Assembly (NCBI GenBank): GCA_041737595.1 | Contig: JBGSRK010000011.1 | Span: 2,658-66,657, forward strand | Source: Patescibacteria group bacterium | Lineage (GTDB): Bacteria > Patescibacteriota > CPR2 > UBA1875 | DNA: 64,000 nucleotides | Direction: 5' to 3' | Shown here: one piece after another, positions 38,105 through 48,690 of the stretch | How the letters are laid out: each line of letters begins with the position of its first letter | How positions within the stretch are numbered: the first letter of the stretch is position 1 | Translations under genes and position numbers: made by a program | The notes under the pieces: generated by a model | What the model was told of the DNA's origin: nothing | Seen by the model: only the letters and a program-made list of their open reading frames with translations | The model's database searches: none

Positions 38105-39736
38105 ATGTTTGAAGATAAAATTAAAGACGAAATTCAATCTTCTGTGAGTATTTGTTTCGGGGAACATATAAAAACAGCAGATATTATTATAGAAAAACCT
38201 TCAGATAAAAAGTTTGGTGATTTTTCCTCGAATATTTCTTTCCAACTTGCAGGGAAACTTAAAAAATCTCCAAATGATATAGCTGAAAAGTTAGTAATTG
38301 ATTTAATAAAAACAAATAACTTTGAAAAAGTTGAAGCTGTTTCTGGTTTTATAAATTTTAAATTAAAAAAAGAAAAATATTTCAAAGTCTTAGAAGATAT
38401 TCTAAAAAATAAAGAATCTTTTGCTAAAAATAATGTCCTTAAGAATAAAAAAATCCAAGTAGAGTTTATTTCAGCAAATCCAACTGGTCCACTTACTCTC
38501 GCAAATGGGAGAGGGGGATATTCTGGTGATACTCTTTCTAATGTTTTGGCATTTTGTGGGGCAAACGTTGAAAGAGAATATTATGTTAATGATGGCGGGA
38601 ATCAGGTAAAAATACTTGGAGAATCTGTTCTTGTATCTGCTGGCTTATTAAAAAAAGAGGATGATATTTATCGGGGCGAATACATCGATAAGTGGGTTAA
38701 AGATAACAAAAAAGAAATAGAAAAATTAAAAGAAAAACCTTTTGAAATTGGTTACCTCTGTGCTAAATATGTGATGGAAAATTATATCAAAGCAGAAGTA
38801 AAAAGCATGAAGATTGGTTTTGATAATTGGTACAGCGAAAAATCTCTTTATGACAGAGGGTTAGTTGAAAAAGCTTTATCTTTTCTTGATAATAAAAAAT
38901 TAACTTACGAAAAAGATGATGCAAAATGGTTAAAAACATCAGAGTTTGGAGATGACAAAGATAGAGTAATTGTAAAAACCAACGGCGAATACACATATGT
39001 AATGCCTGATATCGCATATCATTGGGAAAAATTTACAGATAGAAAATATAATCAAGTCATTGATATTTTAGGGGCGGATCATCATGGTTATACCGAAAGA
39101 ATGCTTGCAGGCGTTGCTACACTTGGTTATCGTGATAATCTAACCTATATTTTAACTCAGATGGTCCGTTTGGTTAAAAACGGTAAAGAATTCAGAATGT
39201 CTAAAAGAAAAGGTGTAGTTGTAACTATTGAAGATCTTTTTGAGCTTATCGGAGGGGAAACAAGTGAAGCATCTGATGTTGCAAGATTTTTCTTTCTTTC
39301 ACGTTCTTTTAATACACATATGGATTTTGATTTAGATCTAGCAAAAGAACGTTCAGAAAAAAATCCAGTTTTTTATGTTAAATATGCCTACGCTCGAACA
39401 TATGGGATATTGTCAAAATCAAATAAAAATAACTCAAAACCAAATTTAAAATTATTAACAGAAGATGCGGAGATAGAGCTTATTGATAAATTATCAGAAC
39501 TTCCTGCACTTGTGCAGATGATAGCAACTACAGGTGATTACCCTGTTCATCTACTAACTTCCTATGCTATTGAAGTAGCAAAAAAATTCCATCACTTTTA
39601 TGATAAATGTCGAGTGATTGATGAAGAAAACCCTGAACTTACTAATGCTCGTCTTTCTTTGGTTTCCGGTACTAAAATTATTCTTGGTATAGTTGGTAAA
39701 GATCTTATTGGTATTGATATGCCAGATAAAATGTAA
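38105..39736 (+). CDS. argS: Arginine--tRNA ligase
   Basis: VEFISANPTGPL, REYYVND, GADHHGY, MSKRKG, NPVFYVKYAYAR. Confidence 0.97.
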   Translation: MFEDKIKDEIQSSVSICFGEHIKTADIIIEKPSDKKFGDFSSNISFQLAGKLKKSPNDIAEKLVIDLIKTNNFEKVEAVSGFINFKLKKEKYFKVLEDILKNKESFAKNNVLKNKKIQVEFISANPTGPLTLANGRGGYSGDTLSNVLAFCGANVEREYYVNDGGNQVKILGESVLVSAGLLKKEDDIYRGEYIDKWVKDNKKEIEKLKEKPFEIGYLCAKYVMENYIKAEVKSMKIGFDNWYSEKSLYDRGLVEKALSFLDNKKLTYEKDDAKWLKTSEFGDDKDRVIVKTNGEYTYVMPDIAYHWEKFTDRKYNQVIDILGADHHGYTERMLAGVATLGYRDNLTYILTQMVRLVKNGKEFRMSKRKGVVVTIEDLFELIGGETSEASDVARFFFLSRSFNTHMDFDLDLAKERSEKNPVFYVKYAYARTYGILSKSNKNNSKPNLKLLTEDAEIELIDKLSELPALVQMIATTGDYPVHLLTSYAIEVAKKFHHFYDKCRVIDEENPELTNARLSLVSGTKIILGIVGKDLIGIDMPDKM

Positions 39737-39769
39737 TTTTTTTTCGTATACTTCTCAAAAGTAAATAAT

Positions 39770-41176
39770 ATGGATAAAACTATAAAAATTATTTTAATAA
39801 TATCGATTCTTTCTGCAGCTGGGTTGATATTATATTTTGCTAAATTTAATAATAAATCATCCATAGCTAAAAACAATGAAGTCAATAAAAAAACATATAC
39901 AGAGTATTATGTCCCAGTTACAAATTATTGGTCCGGAAAAGAAGATATATCAATTAATGAATTAAAAAATAAAAATATTATAATTGAATTAGGTGAAAAA
40001 GATAATCTTAAAGAAATCTTGGGTGATGTAATTTTGGAGAATCAAGAAAAATCACTTAAAGATATAGAGCTTGTAGCGAAAGAAGAAATAGCCATTATTA
40101 AATGGGATAGTGTTACTCCAAATTTAAAAACACTCTCAGTTGATAAATTATATTTATGGTCGCAAGAACAAGATAATAATTATTTATTAAAGAAAAAAAT
40201 AGAAACAGATAAAAATATAAAAGATATAAACGAATTTAATCCATTAAACATTACAAGAATTGTTGCAGGTGGTGATGTAATGCTTTCGAGACATGTATCA
40301 ACCAAAATTAAAAGTTTAGGGGAACTTGCCCCATGGAAAAAAATTTCAGATTTTTTTAAACAAGCTGATATTTCTTTTTTAAATTTGGAAGTACCTCTAT
40401 CCGACAGGTACCCAACCCCATCTTCAGGGATGAGTTTTATTGCTCCAACTGAATATGCTAACGGGCTTATTTTTTCCGGAATCGATATTGTATCTGTCGC
40501 AAATAATCATAGCGCCAACTTTGGCCAAAAAGTTTTTGAAGATAATTTAGATACACTTAAAACAAATAATATTCTTGCTTGTGGAGGTGGAATGAATGAT
40601 GTGGAGGCAAGAACACCAAAAATTATCGAAAAAAATGGTATCAAATTTTCTTTCTTATGTTATAACGCAATCACGGGTGGTCTTGCTGCTGATTCAGATT
40701 CAGGCACTGCATTTTTAAGCATAGAACCTTGGTATCGTGACAATGAAGCAAATATTAAAAAACTCGAAGAAGATATTAAAAGCGCTAAAAAGATTTCCGA
40801 TGTTGTTATTGTTAGCCCTCACTGGGGAGTGGAATATAAGCTTGCGCCAAATTCTTCACAACAAAAAGTAGCAAAAAGAATGATAGACGCTGGAGCAGAT
40901 TTAATTATTGGCACGCATCCCCATGTTGTTCAAGCTTCTGAATATTATAAGGGGAAATATATAACATATTCTTTAGGTAATTTAATTTTCGATCAGGAAT
41001 GGTCACAAGAAACAAAACAGGGGATTATACTTGAGAATTATTTTTATAAGAACAAACAGGTTTCTGCAAATATAATTCCTATTCAAATAAAAGATTACCA
41101 TGAACCAAACTTTACACTTTTTGATTTGAGTCGTTTAATTATTGAAAAGATAAAATCAGTATCAACTGGTTTTTAG
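39770..41176 (+). CDS. CapA/PgsA-family metallophosphoesterase-fold protein
   Basis: GDVM, NLE, ANNH, HWG.EY, GTHPHV, YSLGN; N-terminal TM. Confidence 0.9.
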   Translation: MDKTIKIILIISILSAAGLILYFAKFNNKSSIAKNNEVNKKTYTEYYVPVTNYWSGKEDISINELKNKNIIIELGEKDNLKEILGDVILENQEKSLKDIELVAKEEIAIIKWDSVTPNLKTLSVDKLYLWSQEQDNNYLLKKKIETDKNIKDINEFNPLNITRIVAGGDVMLSRHVSTKIKSLGELAPWKKISDFFKQADISFLNLEVPLSDRYPTPSSGMSFIAPTEYANGLIFSGIDIVSVANNHSANFGQKVFEDNLDTLKTNNILACGGGMNDVEARTPKIIEKNGIKFSFLCYNAITGGLAADSDSGTAFLSIEPWYRDNEANIKKLEEDIKSAKKISDVVIVSPHWGVEYKLAPNSSQQKVAKRMIDAGADLIIGTHPHVVQASEYYKGKYITYSLGNLIFDQEWSQETKQGIILENYFYKNKQVSANIIPIQIKDYHEPNFTLFDLSRLIIEKIKSVSTGF

Positions 41177-41306
41177 TTAATTTATCAATTAACTATACCT
41201 TTTGTTCTACTAAAATATTGTAACCAAAATATCCGATCGAAAAAAACGATTACAAGATTTTATTAAATTTTAAATAATAAATTTTTTAATTATAAATTAA
41301 AAACAA

Positions 41307-43571
41307 TTAGAAGTTGACAGTGTAAATTTTACCGCCAGAAAGAACATATATAAGTGAAGTGTCGTCTATGACAACTAAATCTTTAATATCTTTTAAATCG
41401 CTTGAAATGTATTGTGCAGAGAAGTTTTGTTTATCATCGATTTTGATCAATTTATTTTTCTGAGCAACTATATATAATCCTGCGACAATAGGGTCTGCAT
41501 AAATATTTTTTGGATCGGTAATATTCTCTGGTAGATTATTTGGGTTAAAGGTTTGTCTTTTGCCTGAGGTATATTTTTTTATAAAACCATCATTTGAAAT
41601 GACATAAATATCACTATCAATAGCAATAGAAACAGCAGTACTTAAATCTTCACCAGTGCTTGTAATATAATTTGTTTTTTTACCATATCCTCCAGATATT
41701 TTAGTATGTTTATATATTTGGTTATCTTCTGGTGATAACAAATAAATATTTGTTCCATAAGATGAAATATCAATTGCATTAGGAACTCCACCTGACACAT
41801 TTTGTTTTGTAGCTTTTTTAGATACTAAATCAATTTCATATATTTCTTTTGAATCTGTATAGGCAACAATTGTTTTTCTACTTTCAATAAAAGTGGCAAA
41901 ACTGATTTTCCCATCAATATTTGGTTTATCAACAATAGTTGCTGTAAGTTTTGAGGCAGGGTCTAGAGAATAAACAGAACCGTCGGAAAAATTTAAGGTA
42001 TAAAATATCTTTCCGTCATAATATAAACCATCTAGATTTTCTTTTGAAAAATCAAAGAACATATTTGCTGAGTTTCTTATAATACCAAGTGCTAGGTCTT
42101 TTGTTTCTGTAATCTTTTTAAGCAAAGCTTCCGCATCTGTTTTTTTATAATCAGTTTTTGCAGCATTTTCGGCTAAGCCTTCTGCAATTTTTAAATCTTC
42201 AAGGGCAACTAATTTATCTCCAGAAGAAATATTTGTTAATGCAGTTTCATACTTTGTTTTTGCTTGATTATATAAATTGTCTGCTTCTGTTTTTTTATTT
42301 TGAATATTATTGTTATATGCTAAAAAACCAAAAAGACCTACAACCACCAATATTGCCGCTCCAAGATAAATATATGAATATTTACCCTTTGGCATAGAAA
42401 ATCTTTTACCTGCTGATGATAAACCATCTTTTGCTTTTGAAAGAAAGGAAAAATTAAATCTTTCAAGAGAAACTCTTTTTGGTTTCTGCTCGCTTTCTTT
42501 TATCCTTATCTCTCTTTCAAAATTATCTTCATTTGGTGCGATAAGAATCCCATCATCAGTATCTGTTTCAAGGTCTGAATATAATTTTTCACTTTGAGGA
42601 TGAATTTTTTCTTCAGATTCAATTATTATTTTTTCAGCATCTTTTTCTTTTCTAAAACTCTTTATTTGCTTTACAACTTTTTGGACACCTTTTTTTGCGA
42701 TAGGGTATGCCCTTGTTGTAATAAATGCAGAAGCTGAAGAAGTAGCTTTGCCTATAAAATCAAAAACCTTAGCTGCACCATGTAAAGTATTTTCTGAAGC
42801 AACATCAAGTGGCCTTGTTTCTGGTGTTACCCAAACCTCGGCAGCAGGTTCTTTTTCTGTTTCTTCTGATGAAGCCGCAAAAGCTTCTGGGGATACCATT
42901 TCAAGAATTAAAATTGCATTTGGTTGAGAAGAACCATTTTCTCCAGCGATAATTTTTGATATATCAGAAGCCGCATTGATAGGGCTTCCACTTGTAGCGA
43001 ATTTTTTTAATTCACTTTTTGATAATTTATAAAAAACTCCAGGAGTAACAAGAACCATACGATCATTTTCTGATAATTCCCCTGAAGCGACATTGATAAA
43101 TGTTCGAAGAGGGTTAACACTGTCACCAGCAAGATCTTCTGTGATATGCATTGCATGTTCACCTCTATATAGATAAGCCTCGGCTTTTCCTGCTTGAGTT
43201 ACATGGAGCATATTATCTGTGAGTACAGCAAGAATAGCATTCATTTTGCCAAGCCAATGTATTTGGCCTTCAGAAGATCGTTCGGCGAGAGTTTCATTAA
43301 TTTTCGCGAGGGATGATTCAAATGATTCAAGTGGATTTTTATCAGTATCTTCATAATATTCATTATGGAGCACATCAATTATCTGTTCTGCAATTTCTTC
43401 AGCATGTCCACCCGCATCTTCAAGTTCTATGACAGCATAAATAGAACCATGCTCCTGCTCTTTTGGATTTCGAGGAATGTGTTCATAAGCGATTGCAATC
43501 GCTTCTTTATCTTTTGATCTTTTCGTTTCAGAAAGGACCTTTGCAGTTTTAGAAACAAGCTTTTTGCCCAT
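41307..43571 (-). CDS. Bitopic membrane protein, probable PP2C-like N-terminus and beta-propeller C-terminus
   Basis: N-terminal LHVTQAGKAEAYLYR segment; single TM near residue 400; repeated IY.L..DG beta motifs. Confidence 0.6.
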   Translation of the reverse strand: MGKKLVSKTAKVLSETKRSKDKEAIAIAYEHIPRNPKEQEHGSIYAVIELEDAGGHAEEIAEQIIDVLHNEYYEDTDKNPLESFESSLAKINETLAERSSEGQIHWLGKMNAILAVLTDNMLHVTQAGKAEAYLYRGEHAMHITEDLAGDSVNPLRTFINVASGELSENDRMVLVTPGVFYKLSKSELKKFATSGSPINAASDISKIIAGENGSSQPNAILILEMVSPEAFAASSEETEKEPAAEVWVTPETRPLDVASENTLHGAAKVFDFIGKATSSASAFITTRAYPIAKKGVQKVVKQIKSFRKEKDAEKIIIESEEKIHPQSEKLYSDLETDTDDGILIAPNEDNFEREIRIKESEQKPKRVSLERFNFSFLSKAKDGLSSAGKRFSMPKGKYSYIYLGAAILVVVGLFGFLAYNNNIQNKKTEADNLYNQAKTKYETALTNISSGDKLVALEDLKIAEGLAENAAKTDYKKTDAEALLKKITETKDLALGIIRNSANMFFDFSKENLDGLYYDGKIFYTLNFSDGSVYSLDPASKLTATIVDKPNIDGKISFATFIESRKTIVAYTDSKEIYEIDLVSKKATKQNVSGGVPNAIDISSYGTNIYLLSPEDNQIYKHTKISGGYGKKTNYITSTGEDLSTAVSIAIDSDIYVISNDGFIKKYTSGKRQTFNPNNLPENITDPKNIYADPIVAGLYIVAQKNKLIKIDDKQNFSAQYISSDLKDIKDLVVIDDTSLIYVLSGGKIYTVNF

Positions 43572-43669
43572 ACAAAATTAACTCTTTAGCTAAAAAAGAA
43601 TATACCACAATTATAGATATTTCAAAAGCAAAAAAATCAAAAAAATTAGTTTAATGTTAAAATGTATTT

Positions 43670-46582
43670 ATGAAAGATATTGATTTACTTAATGACCTAA
43701 CAAAAAAACAGATAGAAGCTGTTACTCATAATAAGGGGCCTATTCTTGTTGTTGCAGGGGCTGGAACGGGTAAAACCACCGTAATTACAAGAAGAATTTC
43801 TTGGCTCATTACAAAAAAATATGCTAAACCAGAGGAAATTTTAGCACTTACTTTTACAGAAAAAGCCGCCACAGAAATGATAACTCGGGTAGATGAACTT
43901 TCTGATTATATTTATTCAGGTCTAAATATCTCTACGTTCCACTCATTTGGGTCAGATATTATCTCAGAATTTGCTTTCGAGCTTGGACTTACGGCTGATA
44001 TAAGAGTGTTAACTGATGTTGAACAAGTTCTTTTTATAAAAGATCACATTTTTGATTTTGAGTTTTACCATTATCAAAATTTGGCGGATCCAACATCATT
44101 AATAAAAGAATTAATAAAAACCTTTTCACGGCTTAAAGACGAATCTATAAGCCCAGATGAATTTATATCAAATGCTAAAAAACAAATTAAAAGTTCAAAA
44201 ACCGTTGAAGATAAAGAAAATGCGGAAAAACAAGTAGAGATGGCAAATGCTTATAAAACTTACAATAAACTCTTGCGAGAAGAAGGATATATCGATTATG
44301 GTGATCAGATTAATCTTGTTCTTGAGCTAATGAAAAAACCTTCATGTGCGAAAAAAATTAGAGATAAATTTAAATATGCTCTAATAGATGAATTTCAAGA
44401 TACAAATTATGTTCAAAGTAAGTTAATATTTGAAATTTTTGGTAAAAATGGGAATGTAATGGTGGTGGGAGATGATGACCAAAGTATTTATAAATTTCGT
44501 GGGGCTGCTATTTCTAATATATTAAATTTTAGAGAGCAATATGAAAAAGTCAAAACAGTAATTCTTTCGGATAATTTTCGTTCTACCCAAAATATTTTAG
44601 ATGCATCATATAAATTAATCCAAAACAACAACCCAAATAGGCTCGAAGCAAAATATAATATTTCAAAGAAACTGAAATCACATCTCCCCAATAAGGAAGA
44701 TCCAAAACTAATTTTATGTGAAACTGAATCCCAAGAAGCAGAGGTAGTTGCAGAAGAAATTATAAAGAAAAATAAAAATGGGTTAAATTTCGGTGATATA
44801 GCAATTTTATTCCGAGCAAACCGACATGCAGAAGAGTTTATAAGAACTTTAAAAAAACATAGTATTCCTTTTATATTTTCAGGGGCGGAGGGTCTTTATC
44901 AAAAACTAGAAGTGAAAATGCTTGTTTCTTTAATTTCCGCTTTATATAACCCAGAAGATGATTTGGCCACTTTTCATTTAGCTTCTTCAGATGTATATAA
45001 TATGAATGCAGATGATCTGGTTCAAATTTCTGGTTGGGCCAGGAAAAGAAATCGCCCACTTCAACAAGTATTCACAGATCTATTTTCACTTTCAGAACAA
45101 CTTTCTTTATTCCCAGAAACAATTGATATTAGTCTTAAGATAGTAGATGATTTGAGTAATTTACGACAAGAAGCAAAAACATCCACAGCAGGAGAAGTTG
45201 TTAATCTTTTTCTAAAAGAATCTGGTTATTATTCAAAATTAACTCATCTTGCAAAAGATGGTTCGATTGAAGCACATAATAAAATTACTAACATTGCCTC
45301 ATTTTTTGATAAGATTATTCATTTTCAACGTAATTATAAAGACCACTCTCTCCAAAAATTTGCCGAATATCTTGAACTTATACTAGATGCTGGGGATGAT
45401 CCAAAACCTTTTGAAATAACAGACGGGGTTGAGGCTGTAAATATTTTAACTATTCATAAGGCTAAAGGGCTTGAATTTGATACGGTTTTTATCTCTTCGT
45501 TATCTGATTCTCATTTTCCCGGGGCAGATAGAAAAGATAAACTACCATTCCCAGATGAATTATTGAAAGAGAAAGCAGACATGGCTTCTGGGACCGAAGA
45601 AGAAAGAAGACTTTTTTATGTAGCTTCAACAAGAGCTAAAAATAGTCTATTTTTTACGGCTGCTCTAGATTATGGGACAAAAAGAACCCATAAAATTTCT
45701 AGGTTTATAATAGAAACTCTTGGTCTCACAGGAATTGAACAAAGATTTTTAAAAACTGAAGCCATAGATAAAGTAAGACACTTTGATAAATTACCTACAT
45801 TATATGGTACAAAAATTGAACCTATTCCTGATTCTGAAAAAATTATTCTTTCGAGAGCTGCCATTGATGATTATTTGACTTGTCCATTTAAATATCAATT
45901 AATCCACGTAACCCCAATAAGAATTGTTGCAGATGCAACTGTCGCTTATGGGACAGCTATACATAATACAATTGGTGAATATTATAAAAGGAAAATGTCA
46001 GGGAGCGACGTAAAACTTTCGGAGGTTTATGAATGGTTTGAACTATTTTGGGATGAAGCTGGATTTCTTTCTAGAATTCATGAAAAGAAGAGGTATGAAT
46101 CAGGCAAAAATACTTTAAAATTGTTTTATGAAACTGCTGAAAAATCTCCTCTACCGACTTATCTAGAAAAAGAATTTAAATTTCCGATAGGAAATAATAT
46201 TATTAAAGGTCGTTATGACGCTGTTTATGAATCAAAAGATAAAACAGAAATTATTGATTACAAAACTTCTAAAATCACAAATCAAGAAAAGGCAGATGAT
46301 AGAACAAAAAAATCTTCTCAACTCGAAATGTATGCACTTTCATGGAAAATTATAAATAATAAATTACCTGATGCAGTTAAATTATATTTTGTTGAAAGTG
46401 GAATTGTCGGCACTTTTACTCCCACAGAAAAAAGCATAGAAAAAACAATTAAGAATATAAATATCGCAACAGAGGGCATCAGGAAAAGAGATTATCACGC
46501 AACCCCCAAATATGATAAATGCCCCTATTGCCCGTTTAAATTTTATTGCCCCGTGGCAATTACAGAAAAAGTCAGTTCATAA
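43670..46582 (+). CDS. UvrD/PcrA-family helicase fused to PD-(D/E)XK nuclease
   Basis: AGAGTGKT, DEFQD, VGDDDQSIYKFRGA, EERRLFYVA; C-terminal GRYD..IIDYKT with four Cys. Confidence 0.92.
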   Translation: MKDIDLLNDLTKKQIEAVTHNKGPILVVAGAGTGKTTVITRRISWLITKKYAKPEEILALTFTEKAATEMITRVDELSDYIYSGLNISTFHSFGSDIISEFAFELGLTADIRVLTDVEQVLFIKDHIFDFEFYHYQNLADPTSLIKELIKTFSRLKDESISPDEFISNAKKQIKSSKTVEDKENAEKQVEMANAYKTYNKLLREEGYIDYGDQINLVLELMKKPSCAKKIRDKFKYALIDEFQDTNYVQSKLIFEIFGKNGNVMVVGDDDQSIYKFRGAAISNILNFREQYEKVKTVILSDNFRSTQNILDASYKLIQNNNPNRLEAKYNISKKLKSHLPNKEDPKLILCETESQEAEVVAEEIIKKNKNGLNFGDIAILFRANRHAEEFIRTLKKHSIPFIFSGAEGLYQKLEVKMLVSLISALYNPEDDLATFHLASSDVYNMNADDLVQISGWARKRNRPLQQVFTDLFSLSEQLSLFPETIDISLKIVDDLSNLRQEAKTSTAGEVVNLFLKESGYYSKLTHLAKDGSIEAHNKITNIASFFDKIIHFQRNYKDHSLQKFAEYLELILDAGDDPKPFEITDGVEAVNILTIHKAKGLEFDTVFISSLSDSHFPGADRKDKLPFPDELLKEKADMASGTEEERRLFYVASTRAKNSLFFTAALDYGTKRTHKISRFIIETLGLTGIEQRFLKTEAIDKVRHFDKLPTLYGTKIEPIPDSEKIILSRAAIDDYLTCPFKYQLIHVTPIRIVADATVAYGTAIHNTIGEYYKRKMSGSDVKLSEVYEWFELFWDEAGFLSRIHEKKRYESGKNTLKLFYETAEKSPLPTYLEKEFKFPIGNNIIKGRYDAVYESKDKTEIIDYKTSKITNQEKADDRTKKSSQLEMYALSWKIINNKLPDAVKLYFVESGIVGTFTPTEKSIEKTIKNINIATEGIRKRDYHATPKYDKCPYCPFKFYCPVAITEKVSS

Positions 46583-46675
46583 AATTATTATAGATATTTT
46601 GATATTGCACTAAATATTATAATTTAGGTATAATTTAACAAAGGTCGAAAGTCTAATTAATAGGAGGAAATTATT

Positions 46676-46858
46676 ATGACTTCTAAAAATGTACTCATGG
46701 TTGTAGGTGGTCTTGTAGCTCTTATGGGGTTATGGGGTCTTGGAGTTTACTTTGGTTGGGTTCCTGCAGTTTTCGATGTTGTAGACCCATGGTGGCATGC
46801 AGTCTTGAAGGTTGTCTTGGGCGGTTATGCTTTCTATGTCGCATACAGCGAAAAATAG
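46676..46858 (+). CDS. Small membrane protein (2 TM)
   Basis: AGGAGG SD; own terminator; hydrophobic 60 aa. Confidence 0.75.
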   Translation: MTSKNVLMVVGGLVALMGLWGLGVYFGWVPAVFDVVDPWWHAVLKVVLGGYAFYVAYSEK

Positions 46859-46871
46859 TACGTACTATTTT

Positions 46872-46899
46872 ATAAAAGCCCTCTTTCGAGGGCTTTTAT
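46872..46899 (+). terminator. Intrinsic terminator
   Basis: ataaaagccctc-tttc-gagggcttttat. Confidence 0.85.
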
Positions 46900-47009
46900 G
46901 ATTAAAAAAATGAAAAACTTGCACAATAAAAAAAGTAGCAGTAAAATAATTCTAGTTAGGGGGATTCGCGGGCAGAAATTTAATATTAATTATGCGGATT
47001 TAAATTATT

Positions 47010-48620
47010 TTGGTTAAAAAGAACACTAAATATATATTTGTTACTGGAGGTGTACTTTCGGGCCTCGGAAAAGGGATAATGGCGGCATCTATCGGTCATA
47101 TCCTAAAAAGCCGAGGTTTTTCTGTAAACCTTCAAAAATGTGATCCATATCTTAATTGTGATGCAGGGACTCTAAACCCAGGGGAACATGGTGAAGTTTT
47201 TGTAACAGATGACGGTGCGGAAACTGATCTTGATCTTGGACATTATGAAAGATTTCTTGATCAAAATCTGACACAAAAATCATCACTAATGAGTGGACGA
47301 ATATATAACGCAGTTCTTGCTGAAGAACGGTGTGGCGCTTATTTAGGCAAAACAGTTCAAGTTATTCCACATATAACGGGTAAAATTCAAGAAATGATAA
47401 TCGAAGCTGGTAAAGGTTTTGACATCCATATAGTTGAAATCGGAGGCACAATTGGTGATTTTGAAGCCCTTCACTTTTTAGAAACAATAAGACAGATGAA
47501 ACGAAAAGTTGGTCCAGAAAATGTATTATATGTTCATCTTGTATTTATGCCTTTTCTTGAGACTTCAAAAGAGATAAAAACAAAACCAGCTCAAAGCTCA
47601 ATCCGAGATCTTATGTCTCTTGGAATCCACCCAGATGTTATTGGTTGTAGGGCCGATAAAACAATTTTACCTGAACATCTTAAAAAAATAGCTCTTTTTG
47701 CAGATGTAGATGAAGAGGCTGTTATTGCTCTTCCAACAATTAAAACAGTGTATGAGGTTCCAATTAATCTTGAAAAAGTTAATCTTGGTGATTATATTAC
47801 AAAAAAATTACATCTTGGGAAACATCCAAATAAAAATGGTTGGTATAAACTTTTACCAAAAATAGAAAAATCTGAAAAGTCGAAGAAAATTGCATATATT
47901 GGTATCGTTGCAAAATACCTTCAAAACGAAGACACTTATAAATCTGTAACAGAAGCACTTAAATCAGCCGGTTGGGAGACTGATGTAAAAGTAAAATGGG
48001 ACTGGGTTGATTCAGAGAAAGTTGAAAAAGTTGGCACAAAAATTTTTGAAAAATATGATGGTATTTTGGTCCCTGGCGGTTTTGGTAATCGTGGGACAGA
48101 AGGGAAAATTGCGGCAGCAAAATATGCACGAGAAAATAATGTGCCATATCTAGGTCTTTGTCTTGGAATGCAAGTTGCAACCATTGAATTTGCAAGAAAT
48201 GTCGCAGGTATAACCGGGGCGACATCTGAAGAATTTTCAGAAAAAGCAAAAAACAAAGTTATACATATTATGAAAGATCAAATAAAAATACTTCACCGAA
48301 AAGAGATGGGTGGTTCAATGAGGCTTGGAGCATATCCATGTGTTCTCGCTGATGGGTCACTGGCTAAAAAACTTTATAAAAAGAAAAATATTTTAGAACG
48401 TCATCGTCACAGATATGAATTTAATAATGATTATAAGGAAAAATTAGAGAAAACTGGGCTTTTATGTTCTGGTGTTTCACCAGACGGGAAATTGGTTGAA
48501 ATGGTTGAGATACCTACCCATAAATTTTTTATTGCCTCGCAATTTCATCCAGAATTCAAATCAAGACCAGATCGAGCCCACCCAATGTTTTTAGGATTTA
48601 TAGAAAAAGCAAAAAAATAG
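47010..48620 (+). CDS. pyrG: CTP synthase
   Basis: KYIFVTGGVLSGLGKG, ETDLDLGHYERF, GLCLGMQ, ERHRHRYE, QFHPEF. Confidence 0.98.
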   Translation: MVKKNTKYIFVTGGVLSGLGKGIMAASIGHILKSRGFSVNLQKCDPYLNCDAGTLNPGEHGEVFVTDDGAETDLDLGHYERFLDQNLTQKSSLMSGRIYNAVLAEERCGAYLGKTVQVIPHITGKIQEMIIEAGKGFDIHIVEIGGTIGDFEALHFLETIRQMKRKVGPENVLYVHLVFMPFLETSKEIKTKPAQSSIRDLMSLGIHPDVIGCRADKTILPEHLKKIALFADVDEEAVIALPTIKTVYEVPINLEKVNLGDYITKKLHLGKHPNKNGWYKLLPKIEKSEKSKKIAYIGIVAKYLQNEDTYKSVTEALKSAGWETDVKVKWDWVDSEKVEKVGTKIFEKYDGILVPGGFGNRGTEGKIAAAKYARENNVPYLGLCLGMQVATIEFARNVAGITGATSEEFSEKAKNKVIHIMKDQIKILHRKEMGGSMRLGAYPCVLADGSLAKKLYKKKNILERHRHRYEFNNDYKEKLEKTGLLCSGVSPDGKLVEMVEIPTHKFFIASQFHPEFKSRPDRAHPMFLGFIEKAKK

Positions 48621-48690
48621 TTGACAGATAGTGCTATTGTTTGCGAAAATACATTTAGTAATTATTAAACTCTTTCAAGGGGGAAGAATT

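Noticed and set aside
46950-47009. pyrG reiterative-transcription attenuator
   Set aside because: There is a G-run and a weak stem, but no clear terminator/antiterminator pair
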